64,000 nt of DNA from Takakia lepidozioides. Lineage: Eukaryota > Plantae > Bryophyta. The translations under genes and the position numbers were made by a program. Positions 51,986 through 64,000 of the stretch are shown here, one piece after another; positions within the stretch are counted from its first letter, which is position 1, and every line of letters begins with the position of its first letter. The notes beneath the pieces are model-generated. The model did not search any database, was not told the DNA's origin, and saw only the letters and a list, made by a program, of their open reading frames with translations. The stretch covers positions 10,354,001-10,418,000 of the forward strand of contig CM060731.1 of the NCBI GenBank assembly GCA_030704615.1. The letters run 5' to 3'.

Positions 51986-52213
51986 CTTCATCCGGGCACT
52001 GCCACACAATAGGTGTGGTGTCCAATGGCGACAACTGAGGTGGTCCTGGTGCAATCATCGCACTCTCCTCCTCTCTTGACGGTACGAAGGCCTCTACCCA
52101 GGCTTGTTGCACCCGTCTATCAGCAACCTGCTGCAAATGCTTGCTCGTACCCCACAATGGAGTGTGAGCAACCATGGCAGGCAACTCTGCCGTACCATGC
52201 ATGTCATCCTGCT

Positions 52214-54404
52214 AGATAGGTAGATTTCCTCTTTCTGCAGCTATCCCCCCAAAAAACTGAGTCAAACGGAGTCCATTTGACAAAGATATGACCAATTAGG
52301 CTCTAAATCATTTAAATTAGATCAAAAGGGGTTTTTTTTTTTTTAACACCAAAACGTTCTCGCCATTAAAAATTGCTCCCAAGTCATCTACGAGTTCCCA
52401 ACACGTCCACGTAGTTCTCACAGATTCCCTGGATTTCACCTACAGGTGTTTCAAACATACACCGGTGAACTGCTCTGCTCCAGCCAAGATTTGTAGCTAT
52501 GCCGACTCTGGGGCTTTGATTCTTCGCATCCACTCCATCTAGCACACCCTTCCATGCCACACTTGACGTGCACATGCCTCAGTGAAGCAATCTGAACACC
52601 TTCGCTCTTCATCAGGGCTGCCAAGCTTCTATTGCAAGTACATGTAAATGAATTATGTGGAGCCTGAGTGACACATCTGCCCCTTTAGTTGTGCACCCAA
52701 CGAACTAATCTTCAGAGGAACAAAATCTAACTCCTACCAACTCGTCTAGCTCTATCAAGTTCTGCGCTTTTGCCTCGCCCAATCTGCATCAGCCCCCAGG
52801 GTGCAAAACCTAAGATTTTGGTAACACAGGGCGCACGCTTCTCGCAGACTTATTCCAAATGTTGTGCCTCGTAACAATGCACTGCAAAATACCCTTAGAT
52901 CATGTCATATGACCGAAACACCTCCCAAAGATTGTTGTGTTGCATTCCCTGAAACACCAGGCACACTAGTGCCCAGCGCAGGAGAGCCTTGGGAAAGTCG
53001 GCCATTCCCTGCAACTGACTGCCCGTTCTCCAAAGAGATTCCTCCGGTCCCAAATTTGTTGTCTAAATGCTGGAGACCTGGAGCACCGCCCTAACCAGTT
53101 GTTGTCCCTGGCCGAGCATGGTCTAGAGGTTGCAGAGGTCCTGGTTCTGACTTCACGTGTGTTAGCTGTGAGGCTTGCACAGGCAAGAGCTTCTTGTCTC
53201 TTTGCTTTCGAAGCTTCTTCTGACTGGAACCTAAGGGCTGAACCTTGGTCTGCAGGTCCGAAGATTGGTCTGAAGAGAGAGCAAGTGTAGATGGCAGCTG
53301 CCCACCAGGTTTTGACAGAGTATCATCAGGGCTTGTCCGTGCATTAGGGATGGCTCGAGTGCTTGCATCGCGGAAAAGAGAGCCTAAAAATGCACGCATA
53401 CGTTGATGGTGTTTCAAACAGTACACCTTAGTGGCCATTGGTAAGGGATTAACCTCAGCCGTATCATGCAGCTTCCCGCCATACTGAAGGCGATTATTGT
53501 TGGCTTTGAAGTGCTGCAGCAACACTTTGAATGGTTTCCGCCTTCCTATTACTGCCCGTTTGTTTGCTTCAGTGTGCAATTTACAGGTCAAGGATCAGCG
53601 ACAACAGGCACCAAATTGCCCCATCACCACCCCACAAAGCACATCTAGCTCCTCCGTTGTCAACAACTTTGGTCTTTTCCGAGGTGGTGATTTGGTGTCC
53701 GCCAGACTTGTGCTTCTTGGCCCTAGCCCTGCTCCATCCTCTCCTAGTCATCCTCTCGGCGTCCTTACCAAGCTGACCCATAAGCACGACAACCGCTTCT
53801 CATTCGGCCTTCACTACTCGCACACCATACATATGGTCAGAATGAGTCTGAGTTCCTACTGTCACCACCAACCAAAACCAAGAGGCAGGAGCCCTCCTCT
53901 GATTGCTATGCTTTCCATGATCATCTATATACCCAGAAACCAGAGATGATCGGAACCTGCATGTTTCTTTTTGTTTTTTGTTTTTTTTTTAAGCTTCTCA
54001 AACTAAGCACTACTTACACACATGTAATCATACAAGTGCTAACCCTCAACTCCTACCTTGCACTTACAGGTAAGAGATCATCTCTCTCGAGTGATAGAAA
54101 CTTAGACTCACACTGTTGACACAAGAACATGAAATACAACACCATCACTCGTTAAACTAAGAGTCGAGCCAGGGGCACCCCAAGCTATGGGGACTCCACC
54201 CCACAACATCCTATTCTCCCTTCATAAGCACACTCAGATTCTAAGCAGTGAAGGAGCTCGGTCGTGTAGGCTCAACTCGAGAGAGATGAGCCGCACGACT
54301 GACGAGCTCGTGAAGATAAGATGGTTCAGGTGTCAAGCTAAACTTGACACCTGACTTAACACTTGAACTAATTCCAAGTGTTAAATACAAATAACTAGAT
54401 TTAT
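52214..54404 (-). mobile_element. Repeat 'A' family member, inverted and truncated at both ends
   Basis: Both ends homologous to 40410-40750 and 42335-42422; the middle is not visibly alignable. Confidence 0.65.
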
Positions 54405-57400
54405 GGAGAGGTCCTTGATTCAGATGATGACTCATGACCTCTGGGAGGCTGGTTTGGTGGAGCTATCTAGTGGAGAATATGCTTCAGCCACAGTGATGCC
54501 AGCCAAGAAGGACGTCTATAGCAATTGGACGGAGAGACGTATGTGCGGTGATTACCGGCCTGTAAATCGTCAGACCAAGTCTGATAGGTATGCCATGCCA
54601 ACACCAGAGGAGATCTTTGATGCCATTGGGCATGTCAAAGTCTTTAGCACTTTGGATTTACGATCCAGATATCACCAGTTGCCGATCAAGGAGGCGGATA
54701 AGCAGAAGACGACATTCTGGGGGATCAATGAGCACGAGAAGGATTGCCTATACCAGTGGCGGTTCTTACCATTTGGGCTTAAGAACGCTCCTGCAGAGTT
54801 TCAAAGAGTCATGGACAGGATTCTAGCAGGGGTGGAGTTTGCTCGGTGCTACATAGATAACATCATCATCTTTAGTGCTATGGTGGAGGAGCATGAGAGA
54901 CACCTTCAGGTGGTATTTGAGCGCTTGAGGGCGCACGGATTGAAGTTACATCCGGGGAAGTGCAAGTTTTTCCACAACCAAATTGAGTATCTGGGTCACA
55001 CGATATATCCTGGAGGATTGGGGGTACAGCAGACTAAGGTAGAGGCGGATGTGAGCCGAGTTCGAGCTTTCATGGGGTTGACAAACTATTATAGACGGTT
55101 TGTCAAGGGATTTAGTGCCATTGCAAAGGCTCTAACCAAGCTGACCAAGGTAGACCAGGAGTGGCAGTGGGAAGATGAGCAAGAACGAGCTTTCCAAGAG
55201 CTCAAGGCGAGGTTGACCTCGATACCCATCTTGAGACGGCCTATCAGGGGGCGTCATTTTCAGCTGCATACAGACTGGAGCATGCTGGGGCTTGGAGCGG
55301 TGCTCACATAGGTGGATGATGAGGGAAGAGAGTTCGTAGTGGCTTATGCTAGCCGCTCGAACAACGCTGCAGAGACTAAGTATAGCTCATATGAGGGAGA
55401 ATGCTCCCAAGGGAATACGATTGCGTAAGACATACTAAGGTCATTTCCAGTAATGTGTGAATGTACGAATGAACAAATGGATGACGACCAGTATGGATGA
55501 AGAATCCTAGAATGATGCCAATATGACTGTGTAAATGTGATTTTATCACTACATGTGTAGATGTGTCGATAGGCGGCTGGGTAATGTAATGCCAAATTGA
55601 CCTACAAATGGGAGTTTGTAGCCTCATAGTTCAACAAATGCGACCCCCTATGCTTTTCTTTAGAACACATTTTCTGCAAGAACAAACAACACATATACAT
55701 AAAGATGATGATTCATACACAAAGTTCCAAACGATTATGCGGAGATTACATAATAGACAACGGTTACGGTACTGTAGAAAAGGAAGACAATGAGGAGACC
55801 TACACAAAGAAAAATGAAGTGAACTTGCTTTTCAAAAAAGGAAACTCAAAAGCTAATGGAACAAAAGGAACCACAAAAAACATACGAACAAAAATATTTG
55901 ACTGAAGGCCCATGATGTCAACTCCAATGGATGTCAGATCAAGACTTATTGTTGGAGTGTGGGCCGTGGCACACTTCAGGTGCTATCTATACGGCAATCT
56001 CTTCACCCTTGTCACGGATCACCAGCCACTCAAGTGGTTGATGGAGTCAGATAAGCTTACGGGAAGCTTGCACGGTGGGCACTCATACTTCAAGAGTATA
56101 ACTTTCAGGTTGTGCATCGACGGGGTTGGTCAATCGGGATGCAGATGGGTTGAGTCGCAATCCATGCACGAACCAGCAGGATGATACTGGAGCTCGGTGG
56201 CATGGTGAGATGGACGAGGAGATGGTGCCCGGATGGCATGCATCTGCATTTCTATGTATCTTGGCAGCGGAAGGCCATGTTGGACCTACAACATGGATGA
56301 CTGTAGACCGAGTGTCTGAGGACCCTGAGGCCAGCAATGAACAAGGTGGCGCCAAAGATATACATGAGGATTTAGCTGTGTTGGACTATCTCCGCACTGG
56401 AGACACGACAGCCACTGTGACTGCCAAGGAGAGGGATCGGATCCTACAATGAGCCAAGAGGTTTAAGTGGGAGGGGACACACCTGCTCCGAGTGTGGGAA
56501 GATGGTCGAGGGAGGATTGTGCCTCACCCAACACAGCGGGCACGGTTAGTGCGGCATGCCCATGAGAAGTTGGGGCATTTTGGGGTGCAACGCACTCATA
56601 GTCTATTGCAAGGGCAGTATTGGTGGCGTGGTATGCACACAGAGGTGCAACAATTTGTGGTTAGGTGCATGGTGTGTGACAGGGTGCGTGCTTCATTCAA
56701 CGCCCCTACACCACAATTGCACCCTCTTCCGATCATGGGATTGGGCTACAGGTGGAGTCTTGACTTCGCAGGACCGTTGCCACTGACCATGCGCCACAAC
56801 AAGTACGTGTTGGTGATAGTGGAGCACTTCTCCAAGTGGATCGAGTTGGTTCCATTGCCTGATAAGGCTAGTGAGGGAGCTGCGTATGCATTCTTGGATC
56901 GTGTACTTAGCCGATTTGGTGCTCCAGCTGAGGTACTCACGGATCAAGGGAGAGAGTTCTTGGGGGAGTTTCAGGCGTTGTGTGACAAGGCCTTGATAGA
57001 CCACCGTACCACTTCTCGGGATCATCCTGAGGCCGATGGCTTGGCAGAGAGGGTTGTGCAAACGGTTAAGAGGGGTTTGCGCAAGTATGGCTTGCAGAAG
57101 GGACACCTTGGAGATTGGGACCTTTAGCTACCCTGGTTAGCCATGGGCTCCAAGTTCAGCAAGCAAGCATTACTTGCTTCGTTCTTGCCTTATTTCCTTC
57201 TGGCCGAGAGCCAGATTTGCCTGCATCTATTCGCAGGGAGGCTGCAGTAGTTCTCAATCTTGACGATCCGGACGTGTGGGCACGTGCATGTGGTCAGCAT
57301 GCGGAGTTGTTCAAGAAAGTCATGCCCATGGCTTTCGAGAACCTTGCCATTGCACAACATCGTGATACGTTGAGGTATGCTACCATACGTGGTGGGGGCT

Positions 57401-57782
57401 ATCGTCCTGGGGTTCGGAGATTTCACCCTGCATTGGATAGTGGGAGTAGATACAACCATGGAAGGCTAACAAGAAATGCAAGGCCAAACTACTAGGAGAC
57501 CAACACACGAGATCCTGGCTCAAGTTCACAGATTGCAAGACGACGACTAACGATGGGGCTACTCTTGTACCCAGCCTCTTGGTCTATAGAGTTTGAGTAT
57601 AATAGGGATAGTGATAGAGGACTTAGTACGGCTGTGGCTATTACATCTTGTAGCTATCTGGAGTTAAAAAGACCTAATCACCAGCTAGGGGGGCGATTGT
57701 GACAGACTACTTTATTGTGCATATATGTGTGGTGTGGTTTGGACAACGATGTAGTTGTGTAGCAATACGTATGCGTACGACA
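54403..57782 (+). mobile_element. DNMT-family Ty3/gypsy, copy 3 (RT-RH-INT; PHD deleted; 3' UTR, PPT, 85-bp repeat 57698-57782)
   Basis: Highly similar to copy 2; foreign insert 55406-55955; deletion junction near 57430. Confidence 0.92.
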
Positions 57783-57784
57783 GC

Positions 57785-58125
57785 TGTCAAGTTAAATAAA
57801 CACAGTGTGAAACTAACTAGAATAAATCTAGTTATTTGTATTAGTTCAAGTGTTAAGTCAGGTGTCAAGTTTAGCTTGACACCTGAACCATCTTATCTTC
57901 ACGAGCTCGTCAGTCGTGCGGCTCATCTCTCTCGAGTTGAGCCTACACGACCGAACTCCCTCGCTGCTTAGCATTTGAGTGTACTTATGGAGGGAGAGTA
58001 GGATGTTGTGGGGTGGAGTCCCCATAGCTTGGGGTGCCCCTGGCTCGACTCTTATTTTAACGAGTGATTGTATTGTATTTGGTGTTTTTGTGTCAACAGA
58101 CACTGTGAATTTAATTTTCATATCA
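57785..58125 (+). repeat. Repeat 'A' 5' segment
   Basis: Direct repeat of 40374-40734 with small indels. Confidence 0.9.
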
Positions 58126-58126
58126 T

Positions 58127-58211
58127 TGTGGCAGACTACTTTATTGTGCATATATGTGTGGCGTGGTTTGGACAACGATGTAGTTGTGTAGCGATACGTA
58201 TGCGCACAACA
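58127..58211 (+). repeat. 85-bp terminal repeat 'B' (third copy)
   Basis: TGTGGCAGACTAC...GCGCACAACA, matches 57698-57782 and reverse complement of 47259-47343; followed by GCCA. Confidence 0.92.
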
Positions 58212-60010
58212 GCCATTTCAATATTCAAGAAAACCACAAGGGAAACCTGCTTATCTCACAGGATACCAACCCCCATACAATTATACACTGAATCAAAATT
58301 GCATCCATAGTGTCTCATAAACGCTCATAAACACATGAAACCTTGCATCCATAATGTCTATATGAGCATATTAAGATGATAACCGAACATACTTGAAACG
58401 ACGAGTCGAGCTCTGGTAGGGGCCGGGGAATGGAGAACCCTAACCACCGCCTGTTAGGGTTTGGGGGGGCTGCCCGGGAACTCGAGAACCTTCTGGTAGG
58501 GTACTACAAATGTTTATAGGAACAGAGAACAGTAGGTTAGGTTAGGAGAGACCCGGGTTGATACTCAGCAAAACCCAGGTACCAAACCAACACAGGTATC
58601 AATGCGGGCATGTGGACCCAAACCTGCAAGGTACATTGTTGGACAATACCAGGTTCATAACCTACCCGGCGGTTAAGTGCTGAGTTCATATTGATGCTGA
58701 GACGCGGACCCTTGGATAAGGCTTCAGTGATATTGATATTGATATTTATGAGGGCTAAAAAAACTAGATTTCCCACATATCAATATCATGTCACATTTTA
58801 GTTTTGATTCCCCATCGCTTCAAGGATTTAACACCCCCTTAAAAACATATTAAACCGAACTAATACTTAAACGTCGTCAAACATTGCCAAAATTTACACA
58901 CCGTACCTTAAAAAATACAAACTACTTAGAGTACTTAGGAATACTAACTAACTTGATAATTCTAGCCACCTAAATAAGTACATCAGTATTAGTTAGTAGA
59001 TAATATTTTGATTTAATTAGTTAGTATCCCTCATCACTTTGATAAGTTCGGATAAATTTTACATGGATGGACAGGGTGCTCTTAAAAAATGGTTGAAGAT
59101 TTTTTTTAAAACCCCGAGCCCGGGTTGATAATAGTAGGTTATCATCCATGTTTGATTGTTGTCTAATAATTTTGATAATGGGCTTGATTGATAACCCCCG
59201 GGTATGTAAAATCCTAAATAATTCTAGTATTGGTCTCCGGCGGGTATGTCCACAACCTCATCCAACCAATACCCGGAACCAACGGGTCTTACAAAAGATA
59301 ATAACCTCCCAACACTGGTCAGTATGGTATTGTAGCGTATAATCCATTACCAAATAAATCTCCATCCAAGGCTGTTCATTTAAAAAAAAAAAAACGAAAA
59401 AACGGAGGGTACCTCAAATCCCGGAAGGGTCTCAAGATAGACCCTTCTCTGGCCTAAAGAACCATGATATTTTGAGTACCTTCTGAATTTCGTTAGGTAT
59501 CTTGCCAGCATGGCAAGGACCTTGCGGGCTGGAAGGTACAGTGCAATTTTCTGGCCTATAAACGACCTAAAAATGAACTAAGAAAAATATCATGCTTCTT
59601 TCCGTTGTATGCAACGCTTGGACACGTAAAAACCGTCATATTTTTTGGCTTTGTTAAAATTAGGGCTTCCCTGCTTGGCTGGATGAGTCTCTGCTTAGTT
59701 GTTTCCGCATACAGTGTGACAAGTGGGGGACCTACATTTGTCTCGCTCAGATCACACTGAAAGCTCAAATAGTCTGGGAGTGTTCACATGAGAAGCCTGC
59801 CGTAAGACCATTGATTTGCTTTCCCATCGACTGAGTCCTCTATGAGATTTTCTCAAAGAGTCTTCCATTCTCGTCTTCTTTAGGGACTGTATTCTGCACT
59901 GAAAGGCACGCAGAAAACTGCTGACTCCTGACGACCTCCGTTGTTCATGGGTTGATTCATCATCCATGGCTGAAGCCTTCCTGGCGATGCTGAGACGATG
60001 GTATCTGTAC

Positions 60011-63000
60011 ATGGATCCTGTTCGAACTTGCTCCTCAAGGTATTTCTACTTCATCTGATCTGTGGGAAGATGAACAAGTGTGTAGTACCCCGATATCTCT
60101 AATCGACGAGGGCAAGGGAGGCATTTACCCTCCCATTGTCTATTTGTCAGGGAACCGCAGCTTTCTCTTTGGTGTTGAATGTGGATGCTATTCACGAATC
60201 AAATGTGGTTAATATGACCATTATGACGTCCCGTTACTTTTGGATGGGTCTGTAAATCCCTGTCTCAGTTTCCCAGACACTGAGAAGACTCTTGCTGGTT
60301 TTCCTTTTGCACAGCTCTACATATCTCTGGTGGGCCCTAGCTGTGTATGGGTGGATGAGATTCCTCTCTGTTTTGGAACTAACAAGAGCCTGTGGACCTG
60401 AGAGAAAGAGGCCTTCAGGACAGTGGGTACTTGTATCTCTCTCCATCTTATGAAGAACCTTCATTTCATTTAATTTCTTTCCTTTCATTTTCCTTGAATG
60501 TAGCTAAGTCCTAATAACACCACTAAGGAATTGCCTGATCCCATTATTCTGTTGAGAAAGCTGTCAGAACGGAACGGGTGCACGGAGAGACTCATCAGGG
60601 TCTGCCCTAAGTGGTTAACCTAAGACAGCCGAGATGAGCAGGCAATTGTTGAAGGAACACTTACCTTACTGCTGGGGTATGGCTACAAGCAAGGTACATT
60701 CCAGGCTCTACAAGCACTGTGAAGTGCATAGAATACTGCTTGGTATACATTTCACAAAGAGAGGATGGTTTGATGAAAACACATAGACTTGACTACCTCT
60801 ACTCTGAACCTGTGAATACTATCTGGAAGCTAAAGGCTTCTACATGGGACATACTGGTATTCAGTTGAATACATTGCAAGTGATGCAACGTTGGCAAGTT
60901 TACATTTTCCTTTCCTTTCTGACCAATGTGGCTTCCCTTTGGTGGAGTATTCTTACTCATGGAGGAACATTCCCTAAACCTTCTCATGCAAACTTATGCA
61001 ACTTTGCTATGGAATATGGCTCCTCTTAGGACCTTCCTTGTGGAAATGGGTGCTTACTAAGACCATGATCCCCTCCCTCTGGAGTATTGGGAATGAGTAC
61101 TTCTTCTCCCCAAGAATGGATGCGGGGTCTATGGCCACAACGCTGTGGCAAAGAACGTGTCATGAGTACTCAGCATGACATCTCTCTCTCTCTCTCTCTC
61201 TCTCCCTTTGCTGGACTTGGTTTTCTAGTTTATTGTAGGTACCGCACACACACACACTCTGACTCCCCACAGCCACACACTTGAGACTCCCTGCTTCTCC
61301 CCTATTTCATCCATCATTATGAAACATTGTTTTTGATTGAATTTTTTTTTCCCCTCCCACACACTGCACATCCCTGCTGTGACCCATTTATAATCAAACA
61401 CCACCAAATGTATTCGGAGAGATAGATACGTTGCAATGCCGACACCATGTTTGGATGGGATATGCAAGTGGTAAACCCAGGTGTGGTGAAGACACATGCT
61501 CAAGACGGCTTAAAATGAATTCTTGCAATTTCTGCTAGCAGTTGCAACTCTAACTAGGCCTTCGTTTCTTTTGGTTATGGATAACATTTTGTAATTCAAT
61601 AATGATGATGGCATATGTGTTCTCCTGGCAGTGAAGAAAGAGAGGCAGGTTCGGATGAAGATCTCATCCCAGGGCTCCCTAACGATCTCGCAATTCATTG
61701 CCTAGCCAAAATTTCACATGGCTACCATGGGTTACTCGAAGCTGTATCCAAGCGCTGGCAGGGTTTGATTCGAAGTCCTGAGTTTGCACAATGCCCAGGC
61801 GCAGGGGGGCCAGTGTGGCGACTGGCTATTTGTTTTGACTGAGGAGCCTAAAGAGGGATACTGGACTGCCTATGACCCAGCAGCTAGTAAGTGGCATGTG
61901 CTGCCACGGAGGCCAGGTGTTAATGCTCAGCATCGCCACTATGGGTTTGCGTGTGTAGGGGTGGCCAAAAAGCTGCTGGTGATGGGGGGTTACTACACAG
62001 GATTTAATCGACATCCCCCAGATTGCTTGGCTACAAGTGATGCGATGCAATTTGACCCTTTCTCCAGGCAGTGGAGTAAGGTCAGTAGTATGTGTGTGCC
62101 CCGCCGCAACTTCGCATGTGCTGTAATAGGTGGGAAGGTCTATGTGGCGGGTGGCTGCAGCTCTTCAGGGCCAAGCCCTCTGTCAGATGCAGAGGTGTAT
62201 GACCCTTCTGAAGATAGGTGCGTGTATTTTGAATTCTTAGGGCTTGAGAAAGCTGTGCCTTTGTTGAAATTGGCGGTAGTGGACACAGGTCGCCTTTGAA
62301 GTAGTAAGGCACCAGGCATGAATGACAGAACACAACTTGTACAGTCCCTAGTCTGACGGTAGGCCGAAGTAGAATAAGATGCACTCATTGATGGCACCCT
62401 GCAAATATACTGGCCCTCTAAGAGCTGTGAGGGTTAAGACTCAGGCCAAATTGTCCTGGAGCTTGAGCATAGCAGATGGATCACTAGAATTGAGTGGTGA
62501 AAAAATGGCTGGTAATGACATCATGCTAGACCATGCGATTGATTCTACCATCTTACCTTCCAATAGATGCCCACATGTGGCCTTTCTAAGTGTTGTATGA
62601 AATAGGTGGCATTATAGGAGACAGACAAACACATATAAGAATGGCATGTGTGTAGATGTATAATTGGAGGTACTGTAGTGATAATTTCCCTCGCATGAAT
62701 TTCTGCAGGTGGGAAGTGATAGCGCCAATGCCTGATGGGCGGGAGAATTGTGTTGGGGTTTCCTTATCAAATTTGTTCTATGTCATTGCCGGCCCTGCGG
62801 AGAATCAGCCGGATCAACAAACAGTGGAGATCTACAATCCGGTACGGGCAACATGGTAACTCAGTTCATGATGTAGGGTTATTCTCACGACACAAGAAGC
62901 CTTGCCCTGTTACAACCATGCATGGATCCATGTATGCATTAGATGTTTCGGACGGAAACATCATCAAAGTGTATGATTCTCAAGTGGGTGAGTGGGTCAG

Positions 63001-63274
63001 TATTGGTCCCATTCCAAAAATTGAAAAGGATTCCAAAGGTTTGAACTTCGGCCTCATTGGTCTGCGGGATGAGTTGTATGTGGTGGGTGGCATGGTGGTG
63101 AGACGGTTGGCCAATAATGGGCAATCCACAATGTGTGACATTGTGAGGTTGAATTCGGTGATTGCTTGTAACCCTACCATCGAAGGCAATAGTGTGACCT
63201 GGAGGCAGTTGAAACCTATGGGGGAGTCAAGAGGGGCAGTTCTGGGTTGTGCGGTTTTAGAGGAGAGTTGGTGA
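60011..63274 (+). CDS. F-box/kelch-repeat protein (At1g16250-like); exons ~60011-60039, 61632-62217, 62709-63274; two apparent 1-bp frameshifts
   Basis: LIPGLPNDLAIHCLAKISHGYHG (F-box), WLFVL, kelch repeats GKVYVAGG, AEVYDP, ELYVVGG; phase-compatible GT-AG introns. The first exon is inferred; an in-frame ATG also lies at 59966. Confidence 0.88.
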
Positions 63275-64000
63275 AACATGGTCAAGCCTTCGTCTTCGAC
63301 GCACATACATCTTTTCTCTCTGGCTTAGTGCTTAACTCCTACCAGGGGTGCTCAAGAGAGCCACTTTTAGAGAGCCTGAAGGAGACCATGTATTGAAATG
63401 TGCGATGTGCAGTCTAGAAGGTGTGGCCTCCATGGCCTCTAATTTAATGTTGCTTGCTCGTTTTTGCACTCTTGGTGCAAGGTCCTTCAGCTAGGTAGCT
63501 CTGCTTAGTGTGCCTGTTGTTGTTGATAGCCGCCTGTAGTAAGTTAACCCTCAACCCTTCATCTCCCACGGTGGTTTTGAACGTTGTGGACAATTTGGTA
63601 CCTTGTTGAACTAAAATCATGCAACTTTTCACCACCATTCATCCGCTACTGAATTATTGTTAAAATCCCTAATGAAATGAGAAGAACCCAATAAGCCCCC
63701 TAACTGGGTTCAAATCTCCTGTTGGATGTCATAAAACACCAAAATGAACAAGATGCAATAGTGACGCAATGAGACTCATTTCCAGAAGGTCTGCACAATG
63801 ATAGCTTCCTACAAACTACAAGCTACAAGGTATTCACCTCTCTGAAGTCTCTTTGTCCCTCTGTTTCTCTCCTGCAAGTCCGTGTACCGTTGTGTCTCTT
63901 TAGTGCCGGGTTCAATTTTCTACTACCGTTCTTCTTCCCGGCACGAAGCAGTAGCGGGCAGTTATCGTCTTACACAACAGATCAGGTCAAAGATGTGGAT

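Larger units (their letters stand above)
47259..52213 (-). mobile_element. DNMT-carrying Ty3/gypsy, copy 2 (5'-truncated): MTase-RT-RH-INT-PHD, 3' UTR, PPT, 85-bp terminal repeat
   Basis: MTase 51029-51985; [26 protein letters not shown]; RH LHTDWS, TDHQPL; INT HAHEELGHF..CMVC, GLAERVV; PHD; PPT AGCTAGGGGGGCGAT next to repeat 47259-47343. Confidence 0.93.

Noticed and set aside
52864-53949. ORFs of 76-166 aa inside inverted repeat A
   Set aside because: No motifs, and not conserved in the other A copy.
40374-58125. A single conventional LTR element bounded by the ~350-bp A repeats
   Set aside because: No PBS follows 40734, homology of the inverted copy extends past it, and the PPT abuts repeat B, not A.
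40374-58211. DIRS/Ngaro tyrosine-recombinase element
   Set aside because: No recombinase motifs seen; the integrase is a DDE type with HHCC and the RT is gypsy-type.

Overview
Repeat-rich land-plant genomic DNA; a non-seed plant is likely, which is inference. Three host genes are present: a 7-unit polyubiquitin with an unusual Thr28 in every unit, a 4-exon PLM/sphingomyelin-synthase-like gene, and an F-box/kelch gene. The left third is a large CACTA transposon with a TnpD transposase and a divergently oriented TnpA-like gene. That TnpA-like gene carries an FCP1/NIF-type HAD phosphatase domain, and the element also holds captured RPS3a fragments. The CACTA left arm has been flipped by a ~4.8 kb inversion, and a complete chromovirus LTR retrotransposon sits in one of its introns. 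The standout is 40.4-58.2 kb, a rearranged cluster of three copies of a Ty3/gypsy element. Its polyprotein reads Gag-PR-[DNMT3-like C5 cytosine methyltransferase]-RT-RH-INT-[PHD finger], with an 85-bp terminal repeat and a hairpin-rich partner repeat. Many frameshifts in the young elements are 1-bp homopolymer indels and may be sequencing errors. All calls were made by eye, without database searches.
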